A stretch of 64,000 bases of DNA, from positions 43,028,001-43,092,000 of the forward strand of contig OZ024755.1 of NCBI GenBank assembly GCA_964016885.1, given 5' to 3'. Numbering within the stretch: the first letter of the stretch is position 1; every line of letters starts with the position of its first letter. The notes under the pieces are model-generated. The model was not told the origin of the DNA. It saw nothing but the letters and a program-made list of their open reading frames with translations, and searched no databases. The stretch is from Eledone cirrhosa (lineage: Eukaryota). Shown in pieces: positions 34,571 through 48,600 of this stretch. A program made the position numbers and the translations under genes.

Positions 34571-37500
34571 ATGGTGAGGGTGTTACGTGTGGAGGTGGTT
34601 ATGGGCTGTGTGTGATGGTGAGGGTGCTTGGTGTGGAGGTGGTTATGGGCTGTGTGTGATGGTGAGGGTGCTGGGTGTGGTGATGGTTATGGGCTCTGTG
34701 TGATGGTGAGGGTGTTGGGTGTGGAGGTGGTTATGGGCTGTGTGTGATGGTGAGGGTGCTGGGTGTGGAGGTGGTTATGGGCTGTGTGTGATGGTGAGGG
34801 TGTTGGTGTGGAGGTGGTTATGGGCTGTGTGTGATGGTGAGGGTGCTGGGTATGGAGGTGGTTATGTGCTGTGTGTGATGGTGAGGGTGTTGGGTGTGGA
34901 GGTGGTTATGGGCTGTGTGTGATGGTGAGGGTGTGGGGTGTGGAGGTGGTTATGGGCTGTGTGTGATGGTGAGGGTGTTGGGTGTGGAGGTGGTTATGGG
35001 CTGTGTGTGATGGTGAGGGTGTTGGGTGTGGAGGTGGTTATGGGCTGTGTGTGATGGTGAGGGTGCTGGGTGTGGAGGTGGTTATGGGCTGTGTGTGATG
35101 GTGAGGGTGCTGGGTGTGCAGGTGGTTATGGGCTGTGTGTGATGGTGAGGGTGCTGGGTGTGGAGGTGGTTATGTGCTGTGTTTGATGGTGAGGGTGCTG
35201 GGTGTGGAGGTGGTTATGTGCTGTGTGTGATGGTGAGAGTGCTGGGTGTGGAGGTGGTTATGGGCTGTGTGTGATGGTGAGGGTGTTGGGTGTGGAGGTG
35301 GTTATGGGCTGTGTGTGATGGTGAGGGTGCTGGGTGTGTAGGTGGTTATGGGCTGTGTGTGATGGTGAGGGTGTTGGGTGTGGAGGTGGTTATGGACTGT
35401 GTGTGATGGTGAGGGTGTTGCGTGTGGAGGTGGTTATGGGCTGTGTGTGATGGTGAGTTGCTGGGTGTGGAGGTGGTTATGGGCTGTGTGTGATGATGAG
35501 GGTGCTGCGTGTGAAGGTGGTTATGGGCTGTGTGTGATGGTGAGGGTCCTGGGTGTGGAGGTGGTTGTGGGCTGTGTGTGATGGTGAGGGTGCTGTGTGT
35601 GGAGGTGGTTATGGGTTGTGTGTGATGGTGAGGGTGTTGGGTGTGGAGGTGGTTATGGGCTGTGTTTGATGGTGAGGGTGTTGGGTGTGGAGATAGTTAT
35701 GGGCTGTGTGTGATGGTGAGGGTGCTGGGTGTGGAGGTGGTTATGTGCTGCGTGTGATGGTGAGGGTGCTGGGTGTGAAGGTGGTTATTGGGTGTGTGTG
35801 ATGGTGAGGGTGTTGGGTGTGGAGGTGGTTATGGGCTGTGTGTGATGGTGAGGGTGTTGGGTGTGGAGGTGGTTATGGGCTGTGTGTGATGGTGAGGGTG
35901 CTGGGTGAGGAGGTGGTTATGTGCTGTGTGTGATGGTGAGGGTGCTGGGTGTGGAGGTGGTTATGGGCTGTGTGTGATGGTGAGCGTGTTTGGTGTGGGG
36001 GTGGTTATGTGCTGTGTGTGATGGTGAGGGTGCTGGGTGTGGAGGTGGTTATGGGCTGTGTGTGATGGTGAGGGTGCTGGGTGAGGAGGTGGTTATGTGC
36101 TGTGTGTGATGATGAGGGTGCTGGGTGTGGAGGTGGTTATGGGCTGTGTGTGATGGTGAGGGTGTTGGGTGTGGAGGTGGTTATGGGCTGTGTGTGATGG
36201 TGAGGGTGTTGGGTGTGGAGGTGGTTATGGGCTGTGTGTGATGGTGAGGGCGTTGGGTGTGGAGGTGGTTATGGTCTGTGTGTGATGGTGAGGGTGCTGG
36301 GTGTGGAGGTGGTTATGGGCTGTGTGTGATGGTGAGGGCGTTGGGTGTGGAGGTGGTTATGGGCTGTGTGTGATGGTGAGGGTGTTGGGTGTGGGGGTGG
36401 TTATGTGCTGTGTGTGATGGTGAGGGTGCTGGGTGTGGAGGTGGTTTTGTGTTGTGTGTGATGGTGAGGGTGTTGGGTGTGGAGGTGGTTATGTGCTGCG
36501 TGTGATGGTGAGGGTGTTGGGTGGGGGGTGGTTATGTGCTGTGTGTGATGGTGAATGTGTTGGGTGTGGAGGTGGTTATGGGCTGTGTGTGATGGTGGGG
36601 GTGCTGGGTGTGGAGGTGGTTATGGGCTGTGTGTGCTGGTCAGGGTGCTGGGTGTGGTGGTGGTTATGGGCTGTGTGTGATGGTGGGGGTGTTGGGTGTG
36701 GGGGTGGTTATGTGCTGTGTGTGATGGTGAGGGTGCTGGGTGTGGAGGTGGTTATGTGTTGTGTGTGATGGTGAGGGTGTTGGGTGTGTAGGTGGTTATG
36801 GGCTGTGTATGCTGGTCAGGGTGCTGGGTGTGGAGGTGGTTATGGGCTGTGTGTGATGGTGGGGGTGTTGGGTGTGGGGGTGGTTATATGCTGTGTGTGA
36901 TGGTGAGGGTGCTGGGTGTGGAGGTGGTTATGGGCTGTGTGTGACGGTGAGGGTGTTGGGTGTGGGGGTGGTTATGTGTTGTGTGTGATGGTGAGGCTGT
37001 TGGGTGTGGATGTGGTTATGTGCTGTGTGTGATGGTGAGGGTGCTGGGTGTGGAGGTGGTTATGTGTTGTGTGTGATGGTGAGGGTGTTGGGTGTGGAGG
37101 TGGTTATGGGCTGTGTGTGATGGTGACGGTGTTGGGTGTGGGGGTGGTTATGTGCTGTGTGTGATGGTGAGGGTGCTGGGTGTGGAGGTGGTTATGTGTT
37201 GTGTGTGATGGTGAGGGTGTTGGGTGTGGAGGTGGTTATGTGCTGTGTGTGATGGTGAGGGTGTTGGGTGGGGGGTGGTTATGTGCTGTGTGTGATGGTG
37301 AAGGTGTTGGGTGTGGAGGTGGTTATGGGCTGTGTGTGATGGTGGGGGTGCTGGGTGTGGAGGTGGTTATGGGCTGTGTGTGATGGTGAGGGTGCTGGGT
37401 GTGAAGGTGGTTATGTGCTGTGTGTGATGGGGAGGGTGCTGGGTGTGGAGGTGGTTATGGGCTGTGTGTGATGGTGGGGGTGCTGGGTGTGGAGGTGGTT

Positions 37501-37779
37501 ATGGGCTGTGTGTGCTGGTCAGGGTGCTGGGTGTGGAGGTGGTTATGGGCTGTGTGTGATGGTGGGGGTGTTGGGTGTGGGGGTGGTTATGTGCTGTGTG
37601 TGATGGTGAGGGTGCTGGGTGTGAAGGTGGTTATGTGCTGTGTGTGATAGTGAGGGTGCTGGGTGTGGAGGTGGTTATGTGTTGTGTGTGATGGTGAGGG
37701 TGTTGGGTGTGGAGGTGGTTATGGGCTGTGTGTGATGGTGAGGGTGTTGGGTGTGGAGGTGGTTATGGGCTGTGTGTGA

Positions 37780-40700
37780 TGGTGAGGGTGCTGGGTGTGG
37801 AGGTGGTTATGGGCTGTGTGTGCTGGTGAGGGTGCTGGGTGTGGAGGTGGTTATGTGTTGTGTGTGATGGTGAGGGTGTTGGGTGTGGAGGTGGTTATGG
37901 GCTGTGTGTGATGGTGAGGGTGTTGGGTGTGGAGGTGGTTATGGGCTGTGTGTGATGGTGAGGGTGCTGGGTGTGGAGGTGGTTATGGGCTGTGTGTGAT
38001 GGTGAGGGTGCTGGGTGTGGGGGTGGTTATGGGCTGTGTGTGATGGTGAAGGTGTTGGGTGTGGTGGTGGTTATGGGCTGTGTGTGATGGTGAGTGTGCT
38101 GGGTGTGGAGGTGGTTATGGGCTGTGTGTGATGGTGAGGGTGCTGGGTGTGGAGGTGGTTATGGGCTGTGTGTGATGGTGAGGGTGCTGGGTGTGGGGGT
38201 GGTTATGTGCTGTGTGTGATGGTGAGGGTGCTGGGTGTGGAGGTGGTTATGGGCTGTGTGTGATGGTGAGGGTGTTGGGTGTGGAGGTGGTTATGGGCTG
38301 TGTGTGATGGTGAGGGTGCTGGGTGTGGAGGTGGTTATGGGCTGTGTGTGATGGTGAAGGTGTTGGGTATGGTGGTGGTTATGGGCTGTGTGTGATGGTG
38401 AGGGTGCTGGGTGTGGAGGTGGTTATATGCTGTGTGTGATGGTGAGGGTGCTGGGTGTGGGGGTGGTTATGTGCTGTGTGTGATGGTGAGGGTGCTGGGT
38501 GTGGAGGTGGTTATGGGCTGTGTGTGATGGTGAGGGTGTTGTGTGTGAAGGTGGTTATGGGCTGTGTGTGATGGTGAGGGTGTTGGGTGTGGAGGTGGTT
38601 ATGGGCTGTCTGTGATGGTGAGGGTGCTGGGTGTGGAGGTGGTTATGGGCTGTGTGTGATGGTGAAGGTGTTGGGTGTGGTGGTGGTTATGGGCTGTGTG
38701 TGATGGTGAGGGTGCTGGGTGTGGAGGTAGTTATGGGCTGTGTGTGATGGTGAGGGTGCTGGGTGTGGGGGTGGTTATGTGGTGTGTGTGATGGTGAGGG
38801 TGTTGCGTGTGGAGGTGGTTATGGGCTGTGTGTGATGGTGAGGGTGTTGGGTGTGGAGGTGGTTATGGGCTGTGTGTGATGGTGAGGTTGTTGGGTGTGG
38901 AGTTGGTTATGGGCTGTGTGTGATGCTGAGGGTGTTCGGTGTGGAGGTGGTTATGGGCTCTGTGTGATGGTGAGGGTGCTGGGTGTGGCGGTGGTTATGG
39001 GCTGTGTGTGATGGTGAGGGTGCTGGGTGTGGAGGTGGTTATGGGCTGTGTGTGATGGTGAGTGTGCTGGGTGTGGAGGTGGTTATGGGCTGTGTGTGAT
39101 GGTGAGTGTGCTGGGTGTGGGGGTGGTTATGGGCTGTGTGTGATGGTGAGGGTGTTGGGTGTGGAGGTGGTTATGGGCTGTGTGTGATGGTGAGGGTGCT
39201 GGGTGTGGAGGTGGTTATGTGTTGTGTGTGATGGTGAGGGTGTTGGGTGTGGAGGTGGTTATGGGCTGTGTGTGATGGTGAGGGTGTTGGGTGTGGGGGT
39301 GGTTATGTGCTGTGTGTGATGGTGAGGGTGCTGGGTGTGGAGGTGGTTATGTGTTGTGTGTGATGGTGAGGGTGTTGGGTGTGGAGATGGTTATGTGCTG
39401 TGTGTGATGGTGAGGGTGTTGGGTGGGGGGTGGTTATGTGCTGTGTGTGATGGTGAAGGTGTTGGGTGTGGAGGTGGTTATGGGCTGTGTGTGATGGTGG
39501 GGGTGCTGGGTGTGGAGGTGGTTATGGGCTGTGTGTGATGGTGAGGGTGCTGGGTGTGAAGGTGGTTATGTGCTGTGTGTGATGGTGAGGGTGCTGGGTG
39601 TGGAGGTGGTTATGGGCTGTGTGTGATGGTGGGGGTGCTAGGTGTGGAGGTGGTTATGGGCTGTGTGTGCTGGTCAGGGTGCTGGGTGTGGAGGTGGTTA
39701 TGGGCTGTGTGTGATGGTGGGGGTGTTGGGTGTGGGGGTGGTTATGTGCTGTGTGTGATGGTGAGGGTGCTGGGTGTGAAGGTGGTTATGTGCTGTGTGT
39801 GATAGTGAGGGTGCTGGGTGTGGAGGTGGTTATGTGTTGTGTGTGATGGTGAGGGTGTTGGGTGTGGAGGTGGTTATGGGCTGTGTGTGATGGTGAGGGT
39901 GTTGGATGTGGAGGTGGTTATGGGCTGTGTGTGATGGTGAGGGTGCTGGGTGTGGAGGTGGTTATGGGCTGTGTGTGATGGTGAGGGTGTTGGGTGTGGA
40001 GGTGGTTATGGGCTGTGTGTGATGGTGAGGGTGCTGGGTGTGGAGGTGGTTTTGGGCTGTGTGTGATGGTGAGGGTGCTGGGTGTGGGGGTGGTTATGGG
40101 CTGTGTGTGATGGTGAAGGTGTTGGGTGTGGTGGTGGTTATGGGCTGTGTGTGATGGTGAGGGTGCTGGGTGTAGAGGTGGTTATGGGCTGTGTGTGATG
40201 GTGAGGGTGCTGGGTGTGGAGGTGGTTATGGGCTGTGTGTGATGGTGAGGGTGCTGGGTGTGGGGGTGGTTATGTGCTGTGTGTGATGGTGAGGGTGCTG
40301 GGTGTGGAGGTGGTTATGGGCTGTGTGTGATGGTGAGGGTGTTGGGTGTGGAGGTGGTTATGGGCTGTGTGTGATGGTGAGGGTGCTGGGTGTGGAGGTG
40401 GTTATGGGCTGTGTGTGATGGTGGGGGTGCTGGGTGTGAAGGTGGTTATGTGCTGTGTGTGATGGTGAGGGTGCTGGGTGTGGGGGTGGTTATGGGCTGT
40501 GTGTGATGGTGAGGGTGCTGGGTGTGGAGGTGGTTATGGGCTGTGTGTGCTGGTGAGGGTGCTGGGTGTGGAGGTGGTTATGTGTTGTGTGTGATGGTGA
40601 GGGTGTTGGGTGTGGAGGTGGTTATGGGCTGCGTGTGATGGTGAGGGTGTTGGGTGTGGAGGTGGTTATGGGCTGTGTGTGATGGTGAGGGTGCTGGGTG

Positions 40701-42690
40701 TGGAGGTGGTTATGGGCTGTGTGTGATGGTGAGGGTGCTGGGTGTGGGGGTGGTTATGGGCTGTGTGTGATGGTGAAGGTGTTGGGTGTGGTGGTGGTTA
40801 TGGGCTGTGTGTGATGGTGAGTGTGCTGGGTGTGGAGGTGGTTATGGGCTGTGTGTGATGGTGAGGGTGCTGGGTGTGGAGGTGGTTATGGGCTGTGTGT
40901 GATGGTGAGGGTGCTGGGTGTGGGGGTGGTTATGTGCTGTGTGTGATGGTGAGGGTGCTGGGTGTGGAGGTGGTTATGGGCTGTGTGTGATGGTGAGGGT
41001 GTTGGGTGTGGAGGTGGTTATGGGCTGTGTGTGATGGTGAGGGTGCTGGGTGTGGAGCTGGTTATGGGCTGTGTGTGATGGTGAAGGTGTTGGGTATGGT
41101 GGTGGTTATGGGCTGTGTGTGATGGTGAGGGTGCTGGGTGTGGAGGTGGTTATATGCTGTGTGTGATGGTGAGGGTGCTGGGTGTGGGGGTGGTTATGTG
41201 CTGTGTGTGATGGTGAGGGTGCTGGGTGTGGAGGTGGTTATGGGCTGTGTGTGATGGTGAGGGTGTTGTGTGTGAAGGTGGTTATGGGCTGTGTGTGATG
41301 GTGAGGGTGTTGGGTGTGGAGGTGGTTATGGGCTGTCTGTGATGGTGAGGGTGCTGGGTGTGGAGGTGGTTATGGGCTGTGTGTGATGGTGAAGGTGTTG
41401 GGTGTGGTGGTGGTTATGGGCTGTGTGTGATGGTGAGGGTGCTGGGTGTGGAGGTAGTTATGGGCTGTGTGTGATGGTGAGGGTGCTGGGTGTGGGGGTG
41501 GTTATGTGCTGTGTGTGATGGTGAGGGTGTTGCGTGTGGAGGTGGTTATGGGCTGTGTGTGATGGTGAGGGTGTTGGGTGTGGAGGTGGTTATGGGCTGT
41601 GTGTGATGGTGAGGTTGTTGGGTGTGGAGTTGGTTATGGGCTGTGTGTGATGCTGAGGGTGTTCGGTGTGGAGGTGGTTATGGGCTCTGTGTGATGGTGA
41701 GGGTGCTGGGTGTGGCGGTGGTTATGGGCTGTGTGTGATGGTGAGGGTGCTGGGTGTGGAGGTGTTTATTGGCTGTGTGTGATGGTGAGTGTGCTGGGTG
41801 TGGAGGTGGTTATGGGCTGTGTGTGATGGTGAGTGTGCTGGGTGTGGGGGTGGTTATGGGCTGTGTGTGATGGTGAGGGTGTTGGGTGTGGGGGTGGTTA
41901 TGGGCTGTGTGTGATGGTGAGGGTGCTGGGTGTGGAGGTGGTTATGTGTTGTGTGTGATGGTGAGGGTGTTGGGTGTGGAGGTGGTTATGGGCTGTGTGT
42001 GATGGTGAGGGTGTTGGGTGTGGGGGTGGTTATGTGCTGTGTGTGATGGTGAGGGTGCTGGGTGTGGAGGTGGTTATGTGTTGTGTGTGATGGTGAGGGT
42101 GTTGGGTGTGGAGGTGGTTATGTGCTGTGTGTGATGGTGAGGGTGTTGGGTGGGGGGGGGGGGGTTATGTGCTGTGTGTGATGGTGAAGGTGTTGGGTGT
42201 GGAGGTGGTTATGGGCTGTGTGTGATGGTGGGGGTGCTGGGTGTGGAGGTGGTTATGGGCTGTGTGTGATGGTGAGGGTGCTGGGTGTGAAGGTGGTTAT
42301 GTGCTGTGTGTGATGGTGAGGGTGCTGGGTGTGGAGGTGGTTATGGGCAGTGTGTGATGGTGGGGGTGCTAGGTGTGGAGGTGGTTATGGGCTGTGTGTG
42401 CTGGTCAGGGTGCTGGGTGTGGAGGTGGTTATGGGCTGTGTGTGATGGTGGGGGTGTTGGGTGTGGGGGTGGTTATGTGCTGTGTGTGATGGTGAGGGTG
42501 CTGGGTGTGAAGGTGGTTATGTGCTGTGTGTGATAGTGAGGGTGCTGGGTGTGGAGGTGGTTATGTGTTGTGTGTGATGGTGAGGGTGTTGGGTGTGGAG
42601 GTGGTTATGGGCTGTGTGTGATGGTGAGGGTGTTGGGTGTGGAGGTGGTTATGGGCTGTGTGTGATGGTGAGGGTGCTGGGTGTGGAGGT
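37780..42690 (+). repeat. Near-tandem duplication ~37780-39960 / ~40510-42690 (offset 2727, then 2731 after the G13 run)
   Basis: tgagtgtgct 38091/40818, tgctgaggg 38924/41651; ORF-track twins 39575/42306. Confidence 0.83.
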
Positions 42691-45600
42691 GGTTATGGGC
42701 TGTGTGTGATGGTGGGGGTGTTGGGTGTGGGGGTGGTTATGTGCTGTGTGTGATGGTGAGGGTGCTGGGTGTGAAGGTGGTTATGTGCTGTGTGTGATGG
42801 TGAGGGTGCTGGGTGTGGAGGTGGTTATGGGCTGTGTGTGATGGTGAGGGTGCTGGGTGTGGAGGTGGTTATGGGCTGTGTGTGCTGGTGAGGGTGCTGG
42901 GTGTGGAGGTGGTTATGTGTTGTGTGTGATGGTGAGGGTGTTGGGTGTGGAGGTGGTTATGGGCTGTGTGTGATGGTGAGGGTGTTGGGTGTGGAGGTGG
43001 TTATGGGCTGTGTGTGATGGTGAGGGTGCTGGGTGTGGAGGTGGTTTTGGGCTGTGTGTGATGGTGAGGGTGCTGGGTGTGGGGGTGGTTATGGGCTGTG
43101 TGTGATGGTGAAGGTGTTGGGTGTGGTGGTGGTTATGGGCTGTGTGTGATGGTGAGGGTGCTGGGTGTGGAGGTGGTTATGGGCTGTGTGTGATGGTGAG
43201 GGTGCTGGGTGTGGAGGTGGTTATGGGCTGTGTGTGATGGTGAGGGTGCTGGGTGTGGGGGTGGTTATGTGCTGTGTGTGATGGTAAGGGTGCTGGGTGT
43301 GGAGGTGGTTATGGGCTGTGTGTGATGGTGAGGGTGTTGGGTGTGGAGGTGGTTATGGGCTGTGTGTGATGGTGAGGGTGCTGGGTGTGGAGGTGGTTAT
43401 GGGCTGTGTGTGATGGTGAAGGTGTTGGGTATGGTGGTGGTTATGGGCTGTGTGTGATGGTGAGGGTGCTGGGTGTGGAGGTGGTTATATGCTGTGTGTG
43501 ATGGTGAGGGTGCTGGGTGTGGGGGTGGTTAAGTGCTGTGTGTGATGGTGAGGGTGCTGGGTGTGGAGGTGGTTATGGGCTGTGTGTGATGGTGAGGGTG
43601 TTGTGTGTGGAGGTGGTTATGGGCTGTGTGTGATGGTGAGGGTGTTGGGTGTGGAGGTGGTTATGGGCTGTGTGTGATGGTGAGGGTGCTGGGTGTGGAG
43701 GTTGTTATGGGCTGTGTGTGATGGTGAAGGAGTTGGGTGTGGTGGTGGTTATGGGCTGTGTGTGATGGTGAGGGTGCTGGGTGTGGAGGTAGTTATGGGC
43801 TGTGTGTGATGGTGAGGGTGCTGGGTGTGGGGGTGGTTATGTGCTGTGTGTGATGGTGAGGGTGTTGCGTGTGGAGGTGGTTATGGGCTGTGTGTGATGG
43901 TGAGGGTGTTGGGTGTGGAGGTGGTTATGGGCTGTGTGTGATGGTGAGGTTGTTGGGTGTGGAGGTGGTTATGGGCTGTGTGTGATGCTGAGGGTGTTCT
44001 GTGTCGAGGTGGTTATGGGCTCTGTGTGATGGTGAGGGTGCTGGGTGTGGCGGTGTTTTTGGGCTGTGTGTGATGGGGAGGGTGCTGGGTGTGGAGGTGG
44101 TTATGGGCTGTGTGTGATGGTGAGTGTGCTGGGTGTGGAGGTGGTTATGGGCTGTGTGTGATGGTGAGGGTGCTGGGTGTGGAGGTGGTTATGGGCTGTG
44201 TGTGATGGTGAGGGTGCTGGGTGTGGAGGTGATTATGGGCTGTGTGTGATGGTGAGGGTGTTGGGTGTGGAGGTGTTTATGGGCTGTGTGTGATGGTGAG
44301 GGTGTTGGGTGTGGAGGTGGTTATGGGCTGTGTGTGATGGTGAGGGTGCTGGGTGTGGAGGTGGTTATGGGCTGTGTGTGATGGTGAGGGTGCTGGGTGT
44401 GGAGGTGATTATGGGCTGTGTGTGATGGTGAGGGTGTTGGGTGTGGAGGTGGTTATGTGCTGTGTGTGATGGTGAGGGTGTTGGGTGTGGAGGTGGTTAT
44501 GGGCTGTGTGTGATGGTGAGGGTGCTGGGTGTGGAGGTGGTTATGGGCTGTGTGTGATGGTGAGGGTGGTGGGTGTGGAGGTGGTTATGGGCTGTGTGTG
44601 ATGGAGAGGGTGCTGGGTGTGGAGGTGGTTATGGGCTGTGTGTGATGGTGAGGGTGGTGGGTGTGGAGGTGGTTATGTGCTGTGTGTGATGGTGAGGGTG
44701 TTGGGTGTGGAGGTGGTTATGGGCTGAGTGTGATGGTGAGGGTGTTGGGTGTGGAGGTGGTTATGGGCTGTGTGTGATGGAGAGGGTGCTGGGTGTGGAG
44801 GTGGTTATGGGCTGTGTGTGATGGTGAGGGTGGTGGGTGTGGAGGTGGTTATGTGCTGTGTGTGATGGTGAGGGTGTTGGGTGTGGAGGTGGTTATGGGC
44901 TGTGTGTGATGGTGAGGGTGTTGGGTGTGGGGGTGGTTATGGGCTGTGTGTGATGGTGAGGGTGCTGGGTGTGGAGGTGGTTATGGGCTGTGTGTGATGG
45001 TGAGGGTGTTGGGTGTGGGGGTGGTTATGGGCTGTGTGTGATGGTGAGGGTGCTGGGTGTGGAGGTGGTTATGGGCTGTGTGTGATGATGAGGGTGGTGG
45101 GTGTGGAGGTGGTTATGTGCTGTGTGTGATGGTGAGGGTGTTGGGTGTGGAGGTGGTTATGGGCTGTGTGTGATGGTGAGGGAGCTGGGTGTTGAGGTGG
45201 TTATGGGCTGTGTGTGATGGTGAGGGTGCTTGGTGTGGAGGTGGTTATGGGCTGTGTGTGATGGTGAGGGTGCTTGGTGTGGAGGTGGTTATGGGCTGTG
45301 TGTGATGGTGAGGGTGCTGGGTGTGGAGGTGGTTATGGGCTGTGTGTGATGGTGGGGGTGTTGGGTGTGGAGGTGGTTATGGTCTGTGTGTGATGGTGAG
45401 GGTGCTGGGTGTGGAGGTGATTATGGGCTGTGTGTGATGGTGAGGGTGCTGGGTGTGGAGGTGGTTATGGGCTGTGTGTGATGGTGAGGATGTTGGGTGT
45501 GGAGGTGGTTATGTGCTGTGTGTGATGGTGAGGGTGTTGGGTGTGGAGGTGGTTATGGGTTGTGTGTGATGGTGAGGGTGTTGGGTGTGGAGGTGGTTAT

Positions 45601-48600
45601 GTGCTGTGTGTGATGGTGAGGGTGCTGGGTGTGGAGGTGGTTATGGGCTGTGTGTGATGGTGGGGGTGCTAGGTGTGGAGGTGGTTATGGGCTGTGTGTG
45701 CTGGTCAGGGTGCTGGGTGTGGAGGTGGTTATGGGCTGTGTGTGATGGTGGGGGTGTTGGGTGTGGGGGTGGTTATGTGCTGTGTGTGATGGTGAGGGTG
45801 CTGGGTGTGAAGGTGGTTATGTGCTGTGTGTGATAGTGAGGGTGCTGGGTGTGGAGGTGGTTATGTGTTGTGTGTGATGGTGAGGGTGTTGGGTGTGGAG
45901 GTGGTTATGGGCTGTGTGTGATGGTGAGGGTGTTGGGTGTGGAGGTGGTTATGGGCTGTGTGTGATGGTGAGGGTGCTGGGTGTGGAGGTGGTTATGGGC
46001 TGTGTGTGATGGTGGGGGTGTTGGGTGTGGGGGTGGTTATGTGCTGTGTGTGATGGTGAGGGTGCTGGGTGTGAAGGTGGTTATGTGCTGTGTGTGATGG
46101 TGAGGGTGCTGGGTGTGGAGGTGGTTATGGGCTGTGTGTGATGGTGAGGGTGCTGGGTGTGGAGGTGGTTATGGGCTGTGTGTGCTGGTGAGGGTGCTGG
46201 GTGTGGAGGTGGTTATGTGTTGTGTGTGATGGTGAGGGTGTTGGGTGTGGAGGTGGTTATGGGCTGTGTGTGATGGTGAGGGTGTTGGGTGTGGAGGTGG
46301 TTATGGGCTGTGTGTGATGGTGAGGGTGCTGGGTGTGGAGGTGGTTTTGGGCTGTGTGTGATGGTGAGGGTGCTGGGTGTGGGGGTGGTTATGGGCTGTG
46401 TGTGATGGTGAAGGTGTTGGGTGTGGTGGTGGTTATGGGCTGTGTGTGATGGTGAGGGTGCTGGGTGTGGAGGTGGTTATGGGCTGTGTGTGATGGTGAG
46501 GGTGCTGGGTGTGGAGGTGGTTATGGGCTGTGTGTGATGGTGAGGGTGCTGGGTGTGGGGGTGGTTATGTGCTGTGTGTGATGGTGAGGGTGCTGGGTGT
46601 GGAGGTGGTTATGGGCTGTGTGTGATGGTGAGGGTGTTGGGTGTGGAGGTGGTTATGGGCTGTGTGTGATGGTGAGGGTGCTGGGTGTGGAGGTGGTTAT
46701 GGGCTGTGTGTGATGGTGAAGGTGTTGGGTATGGTGGTGGTTATGGGCTGTGTGTGATGGTGAGGGTGCTGGGTGTGGAGGTGGTTATATGCTGTGTGTG
46801 ATGGTGAGGGTGCTGGGTGTGGGGGTGGTTAAGTGCTGTGTGTGATGGTGAGGGTGCTGGGTGTGGAGGTGGTTATGGGCTGTGTGTGATGGTGAGGGTG
46901 TTGTGTGTGGAGGTGGTTATGGGCTGTGTGTGATGGTGAGGGTGTTGGGTGTGGAGGTGGTTATGGGCTGTGTGTGATGGTGAGGGTGCTGGGTGTGGAG
47001 GTTGTTATGGGCTGTGTGTGATGGTGAAGGAGTTGGGTGTGGTGGTGGTTATGGGCTGTGTGTGATGGTGAGGGTGCTGGGTGTGGAGGTAGTTATGGGC
47101 TGTGTGTGATGGTGAGGGTGCTGGGTGTGGGGGTGGTTATGTGCTGTGTGTGATGGTGAGGGTGTTGCGTGTGGAGGTGGTTATGGGCTGTGTGTGATGG
47201 TGAGGGTGTTGGGTGTGGAGGTGGTTATGGGCTGTGTGTGATGGTGAGGTTGTTGGGTGTGGAGGTGGTTATGGGCTGTGTGTGATGCTGAGGGTGTTCG
47301 GTGTCGAGGTGGTTATGGGCTCTGTGTGATGGTGAGGGTGCTGGGTGTGGCGGTGTTTATGGGCTGTGTGTGATGGGGAGGGTGCTGGGTGTGGAGGTGG
47401 TTATGGGCTGTGTGTGATGGTGAGTGTGCTGGGTGTGGAGGTGGTTATGGGCTGTGTGTGATGGTGAGGGTGTTGGGTGTGGAGGTGGTTATGGGCTGTG
47501 TGTGATGGTGAGGGTGCTGGGTGTGGAGGTGATTATGGGCTGTGTGTGATGGTGAGGGTGTTGGGTGTGGAGGTGTTTATGGGCTGTGTGTGATGGTGAG
47601 GGTGTTGGGTGTGGAGGTGGTTATGGGCTGTGTGTGATGGTGAGGGTGCTGGGTGTGGAGGTGGTTATGGGCTGTGTGTGATGGTGAGGGTGCTGGGTGT
47701 GGAGGTGATTATGGGCTGTGTGTGATGGTGAGGGTGTTGGGTGTGGAGGTGGTTATGTGCTGTGTGTGATGGTGAGGGTGTTGGGTGTGGAGGTGGTTAT
47801 GGGCTGTGTGTGATGGTGAGGGTGCTGGGTGTGGAGGTGGTTATGGGCTGTGTGTGATGGTGAGGGTGGTGGGTGTGGAGGTGGTTATGGGCTGTGTGTG
47901 ATGGAGAGGGTGCTGGGTGTGGAGGTGGTTATGGGCTGTGTGTGATGGTGAGGGTGGTGGGTGTGGAGGTGGTTATGTGCTGTGTGTGATGGTGAGGGTG
48001 TTGGGTGTGGAGGTGGTTATGGGCTGTGTGTGATGGTGAGGGTGTTGGGTGTGGAGGTGGTTATGGGCTGTGTGTGATGGAGAGGGTGCTGGGTGTGGAG
48101 GTGGTTATGGGCTGTGTGTGATGGTGAGGGTGGTGGGTGTGGAGGTGGTTATGTGCTGTGTGTGATGGTGAGGGTGTTGGGTGTGGAGGTGGTTATGGGC
48201 TGTGTGTGATGGTGAGGGTGTTGGGTGTGGGGGTGGTTATGGGCTGTGTGTGATGGTGAGGGTGCTGGGTGTGGAGGTGGTTATGGGCTGTGTGTGATGG
48301 TGAGGGTGTTGGGTGTGGGGGTGGTTATGGGCTGTGTGTGATGGTGAGGGTGCTGGGTGTGGAGGTGGTTATGGGCTGTGTGTGATGATGAGGGTGGTGG
48401 GTGTGGAGGTGGTTATGTGCTGTGTGTGATGGTGAGGGTGTTGGGTGTGGAGGTGGTTATGGGCTGTGTGTGATGGTGAGGGTGCTGGGTGTTGAGGTGG
48501 TTATGGGCTGTGTGTGATGGTGAGGGTGCTTGGTGTGGAGGTGGTTATGGGCTGTGTGTGATGGTGAGGGTGCTTGGTGTGGAGGTGGTTATGGGCTGTG

